A program made the position numbers and the translations under genes. Source: Dipteris shenzhenensis (Eukaryota). Taken from it: DNA of 64,000 bases. This document shows positions 1-12,600 of this stretch, piece after piece. Within the stretch, counting starts at the first letter, position 1; each line of letters begins with the position of its first letter. Location: the NCBI GenBank assembly GCA_047967505.1, contig CM106538.1; one strand, 5' to 3'. The notes under the pieces are model-generated. The model saw only the letters and a program-made list of their open reading frames with translations. It was not told the DNA's origin and ran no database searches.

Positions 1-117
1 TTGAGTGTTACATACTTCCTGTCTCTCTCCCCATGGCTTTCCATGTTTGGTTTAATCCTCCATGATCTTTATACTCATTAAGTGATAGATTAGGCTAGTA
101 CAATCCGCACTTTGTCA
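1..117 (+). mobile_element. 3' end of an LTR (same family as LTR at 22654-22998, opposite orientation)
   Basis: 1-117 is near-identical to the reverse complement of 22654-22770 and ends in ...TTTGTCA. No PBS follows, so it is a 3' or solo LTR end. Confidence 0.8.
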
Positions 118-344
118 CATTGCGCTTGTTCTTAGTAAATCCCAAACCCACCATGCTTGTTTTACCTTTTATAGCCACTAGAATTTTGAGCAAGAATCTT
201 ATTTGTCGCTCTTGTTCGTGATAGTTCTACTCTTAGTTGTAAGAATTCAAATTTGTATTCAACATTCTTCTTGATACTTTCTTCTCGTAAGTCCCTTTCA
301 TTCTTTTCCTAAGTCAAATCTTATTTGTCGCTCTTGTAAGAATT

Positions 345-2340
345 TGACCTCTCTCCCTCTCCTCCCTCTACTCCCTCACTTCTCTCTCCCTGACTCTCTC
401 TCTCTCTCTCCCTCTACTCCCTCGCTTCTCTCTCCCTCACTCTCTCTCTCTCTCCCTCCCCTCCCTCCTCTCCCCTCTCTCTCCTTCTGCTCCCTCCTCT
501 CCCCTCCCTCTCTCTTTCTCCCTCTCTCTCCCCTCCCTCCTCTCCCCTCTCTCTCCATTTGCTGCCCTCCCTCCCCTTCCTTCCTCCCCTCCCCTCCCCC
601 CCTCCCTCGACCCCTCCATCCCCCCCACTCCCTCCCTCCCCTCCCCTCGTGGAGGGTGCTGACGGCCGCACCAGAACCCCCCCATTCCTCCCTCCCTCGC
701 CCATGCCCCTGCCCCCCCTCCCCCTCCCTACCCGGCTCCCCTCCCCCCCTCCCCTCCCCTCCCCTCCCTCCCTCCGTCCCTCGACCCCGCCCCCGATCCC
801 CTCCCCCCCCTCCGCCCCCCCTTCCCTACCCGGCTCCCCTCCCCCCCCTCCCCTCCCGCCCTCCTTGGGGGTCTGGTGGCCGCGGCCGCCAAAACCCCCC
901 CTTCCCCGTCCCTCCCCTCCCCCCTCCAGGGGGTCCTGGCGGCCGCAGCCGCCAGACCCCCTCGGCCCCCTCCCTCCCCCACCCTCTCCCTCCCCTCCCC
1001 CCTCTAGGGGTCCTGGTGGCTACGGCCGCCAGACACCCCCTGCCCACTCCCTCCTCGGCTGCAACCCCCCCATCCCCTCCCCCCTCCAGGGGGTCTTGGC
1101 GGCTGCGGCCGCCAAACCCCCCCGCCCCCCTCCCTCCCTCGACCCCAACCTTCCCCCCACCCCCTCCCTCCCCTCTCCCCTCCAGGGGTCCTAGCGACCG
1201 CGGCCGCGAGACCCCCCCGCCCCCTCCCTCCCTTGACCCCAACCGCCCCCACCCCCTCCCCCCTCCAGGGGGTTCTAGCGGCCGTGGCCGCCAGACCCCC
1301 CCTGCCCCCTCCCTCCCTTGACCCCAACCCCTCCACCCCCTCCCCCCCCTCCCTCTAGGGGGTCCTGGCGGCCGCGGCCGCAAGACCCCCCCTGCCCCCT
1401 CCCTCCCTCGACCCTGCCCCCGCTCCCCTCCCCCCCCTTCGCCCCCCATCTTCCCTACCCGGCTCCCCTCCCCCCCCCTTCCCCTCCCCTCCCCCCCTCC
1501 TTGGGGGTCTGGCGGCCGTGGCCGCCAGAACCCCCCCCCACCCCGTCCCTCCCCTCCCCCCTCCAAGGGGTCTTGGCGGTCGCGGCTGCCAGACCCCCTC
1601 CCCGCCCTCCCTCCCTCGACCCCAACCCCCCCCACCCCCTCCCTCCCCTCCCCCCTCCAGGGGTCCTGGCGGCCACGGCCGCCAGACCCCCCCCTCCCTC
1701 CCTCGACCCCAACCCCCCCCACCCCCCTGGCGGTTGCAGCCGCCAGACCCCCCCCCTTCCCTCCCTCGACCCCAACCCCCCTCCACCCCCTCCCCTCCCC
1801 CCTCTAGGGTCCTGGCGGCTGTGGCCGCCAGACCCCCCCTCCCTCCCTCGACCCCAACCCCCCTCCAGGGATTCTGGCGGCCGCGGCCGCCAGATGCCCC
1901 CCCTCCCTCCCTCAACCCCAACCCCCCCCCCACCCCCTCCCTCCCCTCCCCCCTCCAGGGGTCTTGGCAGCTGCGGTCGCCAAACCCCCCCTCCCTCCCT
2001 CGACCCCAACCCCGCCCCACCCCCTCGCTCCCCTCCCCCCTCCAGGGGGTCCTAGCGGCCGCGGTCGCCAGACCCCCCCTCCCTCCCTCCCTCCCTTGCC
2101 CTCACCCCTGCCCTCGCCCCTCCCTCCATACCCGACACCCCCGCCTCTCCCACCACCACCCTCGCCCCCGCCCATCACCCCCTCCCTCCGCTCCCCCTGC
2201 AGCCCCTGCCCCTCCCTCCCTACCCGGCACCCCCGCCCCTCCCGCCGCCGCCCTCGCCCCCGCCCCCCCTCCCTCCCTCCATCGATCCCGCCCCTGCCCC
2301 CACCCCCTTCCGTCCCTCCCCCCCCTCCCTACCTCCCTCA
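345..2340. repeat. C-rich low-complexity region containing an array of ~16 GC-rich ~32-bp palindromes
   Basis: Recurrent GGGGGTC(C)TGGCGGCCGCGGCCGCCAGACCCCC-like units (e.g. ~867, 928, 1088, 1358, 1503, 1660, 1868, 2044) separated by CCCTCCCTCGACCCCAACCCCC-type spacers. 345-650 is a CT-rich tract. Confidence 0.9.
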
Positions 2341-2382
2341 TGATCATGTCAAAAACTTGTTGATTCTTACAGGGAATTAGTC

Positions 2383-3778
2383 ATGGCAAGTTCGTCTAGC
2401 CAAGTAGGAGAAAATCATAGCATACACAATGGTACAAATGCTCTTCTCCTATTTCATGCTAAAGTGGAAGCTTCTTTCTCTGCAACACCTGATATGGACA
2501 TGGAAATGGTTTTCGCAAGGGAAAGTCCTTTTTCCAATCCAAATAGACTCAAATGGCCAGAAGTTAAAAAGGTTGCCCCCAAGGATGTTGTACAACAACT
2601 TTGGATAAAGGGTTGCATTGATCATGCACATTGTGCTATAAAAGACTGCACACATGCATTGATACACGAAAGCATGCTGTTAAGATTAGTACTTTAGCTG
2701 ATGGAAGAATTTCTCATTCAAGTTGCATTCCAATGTTCTTTGCACAACAAATGTATGAAAAGTTTGAGATGGTAAGGGTTGTATGAAAAGTTTGAGATGG
2801 GAAGGGAGGTAGACTTCTCTAGTAAGGCTCCTTATAAGAGAAGACGTGTCTCAAAGCTGGCAAGTACATCAAGGGGAGGTGAGTTTGACAAGTAAACTTG
2901 AAATATTTTACATTTTGATGTTTTATTTCATTTTTAAATATATTTTTTTCTTTGAATATATGCAACAGGCACAACTCATGATACACCATACATAGAGCGT
3001 GCATTGGAGGATGAGATATGTAATGCCACAATTGAACAACATAATGATGATGAAGAGTTAAATTGTGCAAGTAGGCAAACATCCCCAAATACAACAACAC
3101 TTACATTTCCTTCTATCTTGTTGCGTGATGCACTCCATGAAGTGACTAGTGAAGCTGAAAAAAAGGATGGAGTACATCAAGAAATAATTGTGCAATTGAA
3201 TGATGACATTGTAAACCTTGAAAAACAAAACTTATGCTTGCAAGAGGAAACTCTAAAATTAAAACAATAGAGAGTACATATTTTCAAGTACAAAGGTTGG
3301 AAATACAATTAAAAGAGAATGTACTCATAGCTCAACGCTTTTCACGTGATGTTGAAGATGCAAGGATTGCTTTACAACACATTGATAATGGGGGTCGTGT
3401 TTTTTATTTTGATCATGACATGGTGGGACTAGTAATAAGAAGATGATCAACTCTGTCAATTGCACTGGAGATCAATCTAGATGGTCCTATATGTCCAATA
3501 TGCCATGATCCTTTTGATAGTAGCACTAGATGGTACACACTTTCATGTGAGCATAGCTATCATTTGGCATGCTTGGAAAATTCTTTGAATGCAAGAAGCA
3601 CATGTGTCTTATGCAATATACGCATACCAAGTATGATGGGTTGGGTATACCTGAGACTTGTAATTCAGATCCTCAAATCAGAGACATTCGAACAGGCCGT
3701 CTTGTGGATCACAATGTCATACCTGACTTTATGGATGGTGTGAGCATAGGTTATATCTCTCCTTTGAGATTTCAATAA
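2383..3778 (+). pseudogene. Coiled-coil + RING-H2 (C3H2C3) zinc-finger protein pseudogene, putative E3 ligase
   Basis: Manual translation from 3492 gives CPICHDPFDSSTRWYTLSCEHSYHLACLENSLNARSTCVLC, in frame with ORF 3234-3446 across a TGA at 3444-3446. Upstream ORFs 3004-3270 and 3234-3446 are heptad-rich with a frameshift near 3270. GT-AG intron at ~2879-2967, acceptor TTCTTACAG just before ATG 2383. Confidence 0.75.
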
Positions 3779-4339
3779 ATCAATTCTATTGTTTGACATT
3801 ATATAGCTTTGATATGACAATATTATTTCCTTTATAATGTGATTTTGTAATCGTTTGTAGCAAAATTCATGTCTTTTGGTTATGATTTGCTATAAATTCC
3901 ACATGAGGAGAATTTGTGTCCCTCGATGATGATGGTCTTTATGTATGTAATTCATTGCAATGTGGAAATCCATGAAAAAAAAGGAAAGTGTCATTTCAAA
4001 AATATTATTAGACATTGACTCTCTCTCTCTCTCTCTCTCTCTTATGTTCACACACACACACACACACACAATATTCTCTTATTTATACTAATAAAATTTG
4101 AAACCAAATGCAAAATAAAGTAGGAAATAAAAAGAGAGTTTACAAAGCCATGTCACAATGTAGCAATATTATTTATATTCTTCTCACATAATGTGAACTC
4201 TAAATCAAATTATATTTGCATGCACACTCAATAATAAAATCTTGCTAAATTTTGAAAAGGCTGATTACTTATTATTTAATTGCATACAACATATCTAAAG
4301 CAATTTCATGTCTTTGAGTGTTTTCAAATAGGGTACTTT

Positions 4340-4870
4340 CCAATTCAAATTGAAGTACCTCATGGTACCCCAAAGGACCCTTATGGTATCTAAAAAAGTC
4401 TCTAGGGGATCTAAAAATTCTATTATGGTATCCATAAAGTCCCTTGTGGGATCTTGAATGAATTCTTATGAGACCCCAAAAAGTCCCTTGTGGTACCCCT
4501 AAAAGTCCCCTATGGTACCTAAAATATTCCCTTGTGGTACCCTAAAAAATCCATTATGGTACTCCAAAAGTCCCTTGTGGTACCCTAAAAGTTATCTTGT
4601 AGTTCCTAGAAAGGCCCATGTTTCAACCTACAAATTACCTCTTGGTATGTCTTCAATGTACCTGATTGTACCTTTTGAAGTATCTTATAGAGTCAAAATT
4701 TCCCAACATACCATCCAAAGCACATTGTAGATTATCCCAAAAAGTCCCTTGTGATACCCCCAAATGTTCCTTATGGTGCCTTAATAATTCCTTATGGTAT
4801 CTCAAAAATTCCCTCAGGATACCCTAGAGACTCCCTTATGGTACCCCAAAAATTCCCTAAGGATTTATAC
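4340..4870. repeat. ~22-bp degenerate minisatellite (GGTACCCCAAAAAGTCCCTTGT-like)
   Basis: Many tandem variants of tggtaccc-aaaa-gtccctt-rt visible from 4360 to 4860. Confidence 0.8.
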
Positions 4871-5119
4871 TACAATCATAAGTGCATGATGAAACACTGA
4901 GATTTCCCAGCTTGCACTATGGTTGAATCTGATGATGTCCTTGCACTAGGGCATGACTGCACTAATGCATAAAGCTAGCACAATTGTGCTGACTATAGTC
5001 TCCTACAACCTCAAAGGCCATAGAGCGCACAACCTCCGACAAGCAAACAAAGCACCTTCTTCGACAAACTTCTTGCTCCAATCACACCGCCGCACTTCAA
5101 CTCTGACTGCGCTCCAAAG

Positions 5120-6030
5120 AGGGGGAAAACAAGAGAAGGAAGAGGGGAACAGAGATTGAAAGAGGGGAAAAAGAAGAGGGGAAAAGAGCATAAGCATAAG
5201 AGAAGGAAGAGGGGAAAAGAGATTGAAAGGGGGGAAAAAGAGATTGAAAGAGGGGAAAAGAGATTGAAAGAGAGGAAAAAAGAAGAGCATAAGCATAAGA
5301 AGAAAGAGGGGAAAAGAGATTGAAAGAGGGGAGGAAAAGAGCATAAGCATAAGAGAAGGAAAAGGGGAAAAAGAAGAGAAAGAAGAGGGGAAAAGAGATC
5401 GAAAGAGGAAAAAAAGAAGAGAGGAAAAGAGCATAAGCATAAGAGAAGGAAGAGGGAAAAAGAGCATAAGCATAAGAGAAAAAGAAAGAAAGCATATGCT
5501 TATGCTTATGCATGAGCATATAAGCATAAGAGAAATAGAGAGAAAGCATAAGCTTGTAAGTTATGCATGAGCATATGAGCATATGCTCATACATAAGCAT
5601 AAGCATAGGCAAATACATATGCTTATGAAAAGAGGAGAAAAAGAGAGGAAAAAAGAGAGTGGAAAATAAGAGAAGGAAGAGGGGAAAATAGATTGAAAGA
5701 AGGGAAAAACAAGAGGGAAAAAGAGCATAAGCATAAGAGAAGGAAAAACATATGCATAAGACAAAAAGAGAGAAAGATTATGCTTATGCTTATGCTTATG
5801 CATGAGCATATGAGGGAAAGAGGGGGGGAAAGAGGGAGGAAAAGAGGAAAAGAGGGGAATAAGAGGGGATAAGAGAAGAGAGGGAAAGAGAGGGTTCCTA
5901 TGCCCATCACTGCAGCTAGTGCTTAAGGCATTAGATGCAGGCCAATGCAAATAACGAAAATAATAAAAGGGAGAAAGAGGAAGCACTTTCTTACCTAGAA
6001 AAGTCCCAAACCGTGTTTTGTGGACTGGCC
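5120..6030 (-). repeat. GA-rich/GCATAA composite repeat, inverted homolog of 38320-40560 (CACTA-associated intron sequence)
   Basis: Reverse complement of 5880-6027 matches 38320-38460 (CAGTCCAC-AAACAC...AG|GTAAGAAAGTGCTTCCTCT...TTTGCATTGGCC...GTGATGGG...TAGGAACCCTCTCTTTCCCTCT). Same GCATAAGCATAAG/CATGAGCATATG modules. Confidence 0.8.
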
Positions 6031-6382
6031 CTATTTGTTATATTGGGCCCTTCATTCATAGATTATATTTGGTTATGTTTATCTATCATTTTGATATAAT
6101 ACAAAAGGAAAATTGGGTCTCCTTAATTCTCATTTTTAGTCTTCGCTGTTTTGTGGCCAATGCAAATAACGGAAATAACAAAAGGGAGAAAGAGGAAGCA
6201 TTTTCTTACCTGGAAAAGTCCCAAACCGTGTTTTGTGGACTGGCCCTATTTGTTATATTGGGCCCTTCATTCATAGATTATATTTGGTTATGTTTAGCTA
6301 TCATTTTAATATAATACAAAAGGAAAAGTGGGTCTCCTTAATTCCTCCTTAATTCTCATTTTTAGTCTTCGCTGTTTTGTGG
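5940..6382. repeat. ~215-bp tandem duplication
   Basis: GGCCAATGCAAATAACG...GTCTTCGCTGTTTTGTGG occurs at 5940-6156 and again at 6155-6382. Confidence 0.9.
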
Positions 6383-6768
6383 ACAACCATAAGTGGGTGT
6401 TGAAGCCTGGCTTCTGTAACAAGTAGTTGTGACAGTGCTAGGTGAGTCATCTTACCTTCTGCATGGATGATGCCAAATGAGATTGGAGCACTTTTGCCAC
6501 CACTTGTGATCGGAATAGTACAACTTAAAATTTATTTTGCTGTACAATTCTACATTGGTATACAATACAACTGATAGGAATGTACTATTTTGGATTGGGG
6601 TCCATCAACCATTGAAACTTGTTCATCTTATTGGATAATGTATTCCTTGGAGAATGGACGTTATGCATGTGAGAATCCTTATTCATTTTATGAAAAAGTG
6701 ATGGTTATGATTGCATTGCCTTGAGGAGCCTAACCATGACTTCGGATGTAGTACTATGATAGTAGGAA

Positions 6769-8026
6769 ACACACACTCACACACACACACAAAAAAAATA
6801 AATAAATTTGATTAGTAAATGTAGCTCACGAACACACACACACATGCATACTTCCCTGACTATGAATTACTCTTTTATGTACCCCCATAAAATCTTCCCT
6901 TTACACTTTCTTTTTAACCAACCGACATACCAAGCCCACTAATCATCCCATACCTCCTGTAATCCCTTCTTAACCCATGCACTCATTCGCTCCTTACTCC
7001 AATTGTGACTTAAACTTCACTTGTGGCTTAATTTTTTATTATAAAAAATTATCTAAGAATCCATATGGCTGTCTATATTCCTAGGTAAAGTGATAACAAG
7101 CCGAGAAAAACATGCATTACTTGTCTACCCAAACGTAACTATGATGTTCTAACACCTAGTTTGTTTTGATGATGGTAGGCAAGTGGACCCCAACATTAGA
7201 TACTGGACTGCTTGAGGATTCGACATCTTTTTTCAATATTATGTTTGTCAAACTCAGTATTATTAAAAATTCTTAATTTGATAAAAAAATTTGCAAACTC
7301 TAGTTGCATTTTTCAACTTAGATGTTTGAAACATTTTTTCCTTATATCTTTTCCTTTTTAAACATTTTATCCAATTGATGGAATTAATTATATGGCTCAA
7401 TTATTGATGGGACTTTTTAATCTAAACACACACTTTGATTTCCCAATTAGCCTTTGGTCCGGGCTAGTGCCATACAATTAATTCACATCCATTGGATAAT
7501 TCTTTAGCATGGATAATCCCTAGTCATGTTGTGATTCACCTTATTTCTTACTAACTTTTATATCTATTTTGTAGAAGTGGTTTACGCATTTACTATTGGC
7601 ATTATTTTTTCATTTTGACACTTATCATATAGATCCACTTTTATTCACTTATTATGAGTAGGTGGGGAGTAAGTTCCACATGGTAGGCTTACTCTCCACC
7701 ATGTGGTCTTACCGTCTAGGTTGGGGGTGGGCCACACACACACACACACAAATAAAAAAATAAAAAAAATTGATTAGTAAATGTATCTCACACACACAGA
7801 CACTTGTTTCTTTACACACGAACACACACACACACACACATGAATACTTTCCTAACTATGAATTATTCTTTTATGTACCCCCGTGAAATCTTACCTTTAC
7901 ACTTTCTTTTTAACCATCCCACATACCAAGCCCACTAATCGTCCCATACCTCCTGTAATCCCTTCTTAACCCATGCACTCATTCGCTCCTTACTCCACTT
8001 GTGACTTAAACTTCACTTGTGGCTTT
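6769..8026. repeat. Pair of ~260-290-bp direct repeats (6769-7030 and 7733-8026)
   Basis: (CA)n-AAAAT-TTGATTAGTAAATGTA...ACATACCAAGCCCACTAATC...AAACTTCACTTGTGGCTT present twice about 1 kb apart. Confidence 0.85.
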
Positions 8027-9674
8027 ACCTAAGAAGATAGGGAAAATTCATTAAATGTACATAAGCTTGTGGCTATGCCTTCTATACTCCTCCAAGGACA
8101 AAAAATAATGTGTTTTGTAACTAAAGAGGATTTTAAAACCCACTAGATGGCAGATAAGACACTTGATATTGGAGAAGTTCATCTTGATGTTAAAAAACAC
8201 GCTCATTGATTAGAAATTATAGCTCATTGATTGCATAAAATTTGAGAATTTCTCTCACTAGGATTCTAGAAGAGGTGATTTGTGCACTAATGTTAGCTAG
8301 CTAGCTAGCTAGGGGAGAGCGAGAGAGAGGGCAACTAAGAAATCTTGCGACAAAACCAAAAGTTTGGCATTTTGCATGACAAAAAAGAATTCCCAAAATT
8401 TAGTATGCCCCCTGTTATTTAGTACATATCGGTCAGATTCAATCAGACACTGTTGAAAGTAATAAGGTCATTCATAAAGCTGGAATTTTATGGAGAAAAG
8501 TCACGGCACTTTGAACGGCGGCCCGGAGGTAATGCAAATTTATGGCACAGCCCTAAGGCTGTGTTTTCTTATTTTTATCTTTCTCTTCCAACTGATTGCG
8601 ACTCCATTCGATCATATACTTTAAAGGGTCTGAAAAATCAGATCATGACGTGAAGTGTCAAGGTGGTTGCGATTTGTGACTGCGGGAAGCTCGCCTACAA
8701 AAGAAGGAGAAACAACAGAAGAATTCGAGTTTCAATTGAGAGAATCAACGATACCTGGCGGCTGCGAGGTGAGAAGCTCCGTGACAAAATGGAACAGAAG
8801 GTTGTAGACGTCTGGGCGCACGCTGTAATCCTCCACGGCGGCTTTTATTGGGTTATTGCTGCCAGAATTATCAGCCATTGGGATCGGCCGCTGTATCAAC
8901 TCTACGCTGTCGTTCTTGCCGTCCACGATGAAGAACCTTAGGCTACCAATCTTTCGAAAACCATAATAACCGTCGCATGCGGATAGTTTCCTTCTTTTTC
9001 TTTTGTCCTCTCACCTTTTATTTATACTAACCTACGTCCTCACTCTTCTAACATAGCGACCATCAAGAGTAAGGTAGTCACATCACCCTACAAGTTGTTC
9101 ATTCCCCTTACGAAGCTAACCACAATTGAGAAGCATACAAAAGTGTCTTAGGATTTTTTACACCTCGTGATTGTAACTTGTAGTTCAGCTTTTGCAAAGA
9201 CTCTCACTCCAGTTTTTATATATGGCCAAATACTTGGGGAACTCATACACAACAAATACATGAATAAGGCTTTTAATTTGCCACATGACCTCGGAAATTA
9301 TCTCTTTTAAACTTTTATAACCTTAGTGCTACCATTGTCTGTTCAATGCTGCCATTGTCTCCTTAAGAATAAGGCATCATTGCGCATACGAGCTCCTAAA
9401 TTACCTCTTGAAGACTTTGATAACATGGCTATAGCCTATCTGAGAGTGCTCTCAGCGGAAGCAAGAATGGAAGAAGGAGAGAGAGCGAGAGAGAGAGACA
9501 GAGAGCCACACAAGTTTTGGTGGGTGCAGAACCACCCTAATCTTCTTTTTCATTCATTTATATGTGTGTTTGAGTATTGTACATAACCGGGGTTAAGGCA
9601 CAGTGACCTTTAACCCCCACAACCTCCCACTTAAAGGACAATGTGCCTTTAAGGGAGAATAACTAGTGAGCATA

Positions 9675-12600
9675 CTATCCAATGCCCATCAATACACGAC
9701 AATACTCAAACCGCTGACTAGGTAGACTCTTCGTCAGCAGATCTGCAGGGTTATCATCTGTATGAACCTTGACAAGCTCTATGCGCTTGTCCTCAAGTAC
9801 CTCCCTGATGAAATGGTACCTGACCTCAATGTGTTTGGTCTTTGCATGAAAGACCGGATTCCGTGCTAGCTGAATAGCACTCATGGAATCATTATGCAAT
9901 GTCGGTACATCTGTATGAATCCCCAAATCTCCCACTAGCCGATCAAGCCATATAGCCTCCTTGCAACCCTCTGTGGCTGCAACATACTCAGCCTCTGTGG
10001 TAGACAAAGCCACGCACTTCTGTGCACGAGACATCCACGACACTGCACCACCTGCAAAGGTGAACACATAACCAGAAGTGGATCTCCTACTATCCACATG
10101 CCCTGCATAGTCTGAATCTGTGTACCCAAGTACACGCATGTCTCCTTTACCAAAGCAAATGCACATCTCCTTGGTACCCTTCATGTACCTCATGATGCAC
10201 TTAACTGCCTCCCAATGCCTCTTTCCTGGATTAGCCATATACCGGCTAACAACTTCCACTGCAAATGCAATGTCTGGTCTAGTAGCTATCATAGCATACA
10301 TAAGACTCCCAACTGCTGATGCATAAGGAACCTTGGCCATCATGGCCCTCTCCTCATCTGATTTGGGACTATCTGTATGACTCAGTTTCACATATGGAGG
10401 CAATGGAGTACTCACTGCCTTCCCCCCCTCCATATTGAAACGCTGTAATACTTTTGTAACATACTCTTTTTGTGAAAGCCAAAGGAGTTTCCTACTCCAA
10501 TCACGCGTGATGCGCATACCAAGAATATGACCTGCAAATCCCAAATCCTTCATATCAAAGGCCTCATGCAACTTGGCCTTTAATGCATCTAGCTCATAAG
10601 TATTCTTGCTAGCCAATAGCATATCATCCACATATAGTGCCAGGATTATTAGGCTACTATCCTTAGCCCTTTTAGTGTAGAGGCAGTGATCAATTTCACT
10701 CCTTCTAAAACCCTGGGACCGAATGAAAGCATCAAACTTCTGATACCATTCTCTAGGTGCTTGCTTAAGACCATAGAGACTCTTCTTCAGCTTGCAAACT
10801 AAATGCTCTTTGCCCTTTTCTTCAAAGCCTTCCGGCTGCACCATGTAAATTTCCTCATGCAAATCCCCATGCAAGAAAGCTGTCTTGACATCCATTTGCA
10901 TAAGCTCCATATCCTCTACTGCCACTAGTCCAAGCATGCATCTAAGTGTGGTCATCTTCACAACCGGAGAGAATATCTCATCAAAGTCCACACCCTTCTC
11001 TTGCTTGAACCCTTTAGCAACCAATCGGGCCTTGTACCTAGGCACATCATCACCTGTGACCTTCATTTTGTAGACCCATTTACATGGCAATGCTTTCTTT
11101 CCATGTGGCAAAGAAACCAAGTCCCAAGTCTTATTCTTCATAAGTGAACTCATCTCTGATTGCATAGCATACTCCCACTTGCGTTGATCCTCATGCATCA
11201 TAGCCTCTTTGTAGCAAGAAGGCTCTCCGCAATCAGTAAGCATCACATAGTCTACCCCTGGAACAAACCTATCAGGCGGTCTAGACACTCTAGATGATCT
11301 TCTCAAGGGCATTTCAGCTTGCTGTCCCACTTGCATATCAGCCACATTTGGCTCATCATTTCCACCAATAGATGATCCATCATCTACCCTTGATTGTATA
11401 CCTGTGGGAGTACTTGGTTGTACCATTTCTGGCACATTTGGTGCATGGACAGCTTGCTGTCTATCAACATATGTAGGTGGATTCACATCCTGGAAAGTTA
11501 TTTTTCTCATTTCCACATCCCTCATGGGTGCCTTATGCATCTTTTTCTCATTGAAGACCACATCATGGCTGCGTATGATCTTCTTTGCTTCTGGATCCCA
11601 GAGACGATAGCCCATCTCTCCACTTTCACCATAACCCAAAAAAATGCATTTTCTAGACTTAGGATCTAGCTTCTTTCGAAGCTCTTTTGGCACATGTGCA
11701 TATGCCTCACACCCAAATATACGCAAATGAGAGTAAGAGGGCTTCTTTCCACTCCATGCCTCTTCAGGAATACCACCATCCAAACTCTTACTAGGTGATC
11801 TGTTGATCACATGCACTGCAGTCTTCATTGCCTCAGCCCAAAAACCACCAGAAAGACTTGCATTGGAAAGCATGCATTGCAACCTTTCTTGAATGGTACG
11901 GTTCATCTTTTCTGCAACTGGATTTTGCTCTAGAGTACGAGGGGATGTAAGCTCCCTCTTAATCCCACGAGTATCACAGAAATGCTGAAAGTCATGAGAG
12001 AGATACTCTCCACCATTGTCAGTCCGTAGGCATTTAAGCATTCTACCTGACTGATTCTCAACCAAGGCCAGCCATTTCTGAAATACCTGGAACACATCAC
12101 TCTTCCGAGATATAGCATAAGCCCACACTTTCCTAGTTGCATCATCAATGAATGTCACATAGTATTCAGCCCCGCCTAATGACCGTGTAGGCATGGGACC
12201 ACATACGTCTGAATGCACCAAATCAAGCATTTCAAACTCTTTCTTTCCCCTTCTTTTATGGGCTGATTTAGTCTGCTTCCCATAGAGACAATGCTCACAA
12301 AATTCAAAATCAGAGAAACTCAAATGCGGTACATAACCCAAACGGCATAAGAGTTTCATTCCATTCTGGCTCATGTGCCCCAACCTGCAATGCCACAAAG
12401 AAGTGCTTGGCTGCTCGGTTATTGCAACAACATGATCAAATACCCCTGATACATGTAAGGGATACAAAGTCCCACACTTGGCACCCCTGGCCAAAAGCAT
12501 AGAGCCCTTCTGAATTTTCCAACTCTGAAAGCCAAAAGTGGTGTGAAAACCAGCATCATCTAGCTGACCCACTGAAATAAGACTCTTGGTCAGCTTAGGC

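Noticed and set aside
650-2080. CRISPR-like repeat-spacer appearance
   Set aside because: Spacers are mutually similar low-complexity C-runs of variable length, repeats are degenerate, there are no cas genes and the context is eukaryotic.
344-2380. Long Pro-rich and Gly/Arg-rich ORFs resembling extensins or formins
   Set aside because: Open in nearly all six frames because the C-rich repeat lacks stop codons; no signal peptide or domain.
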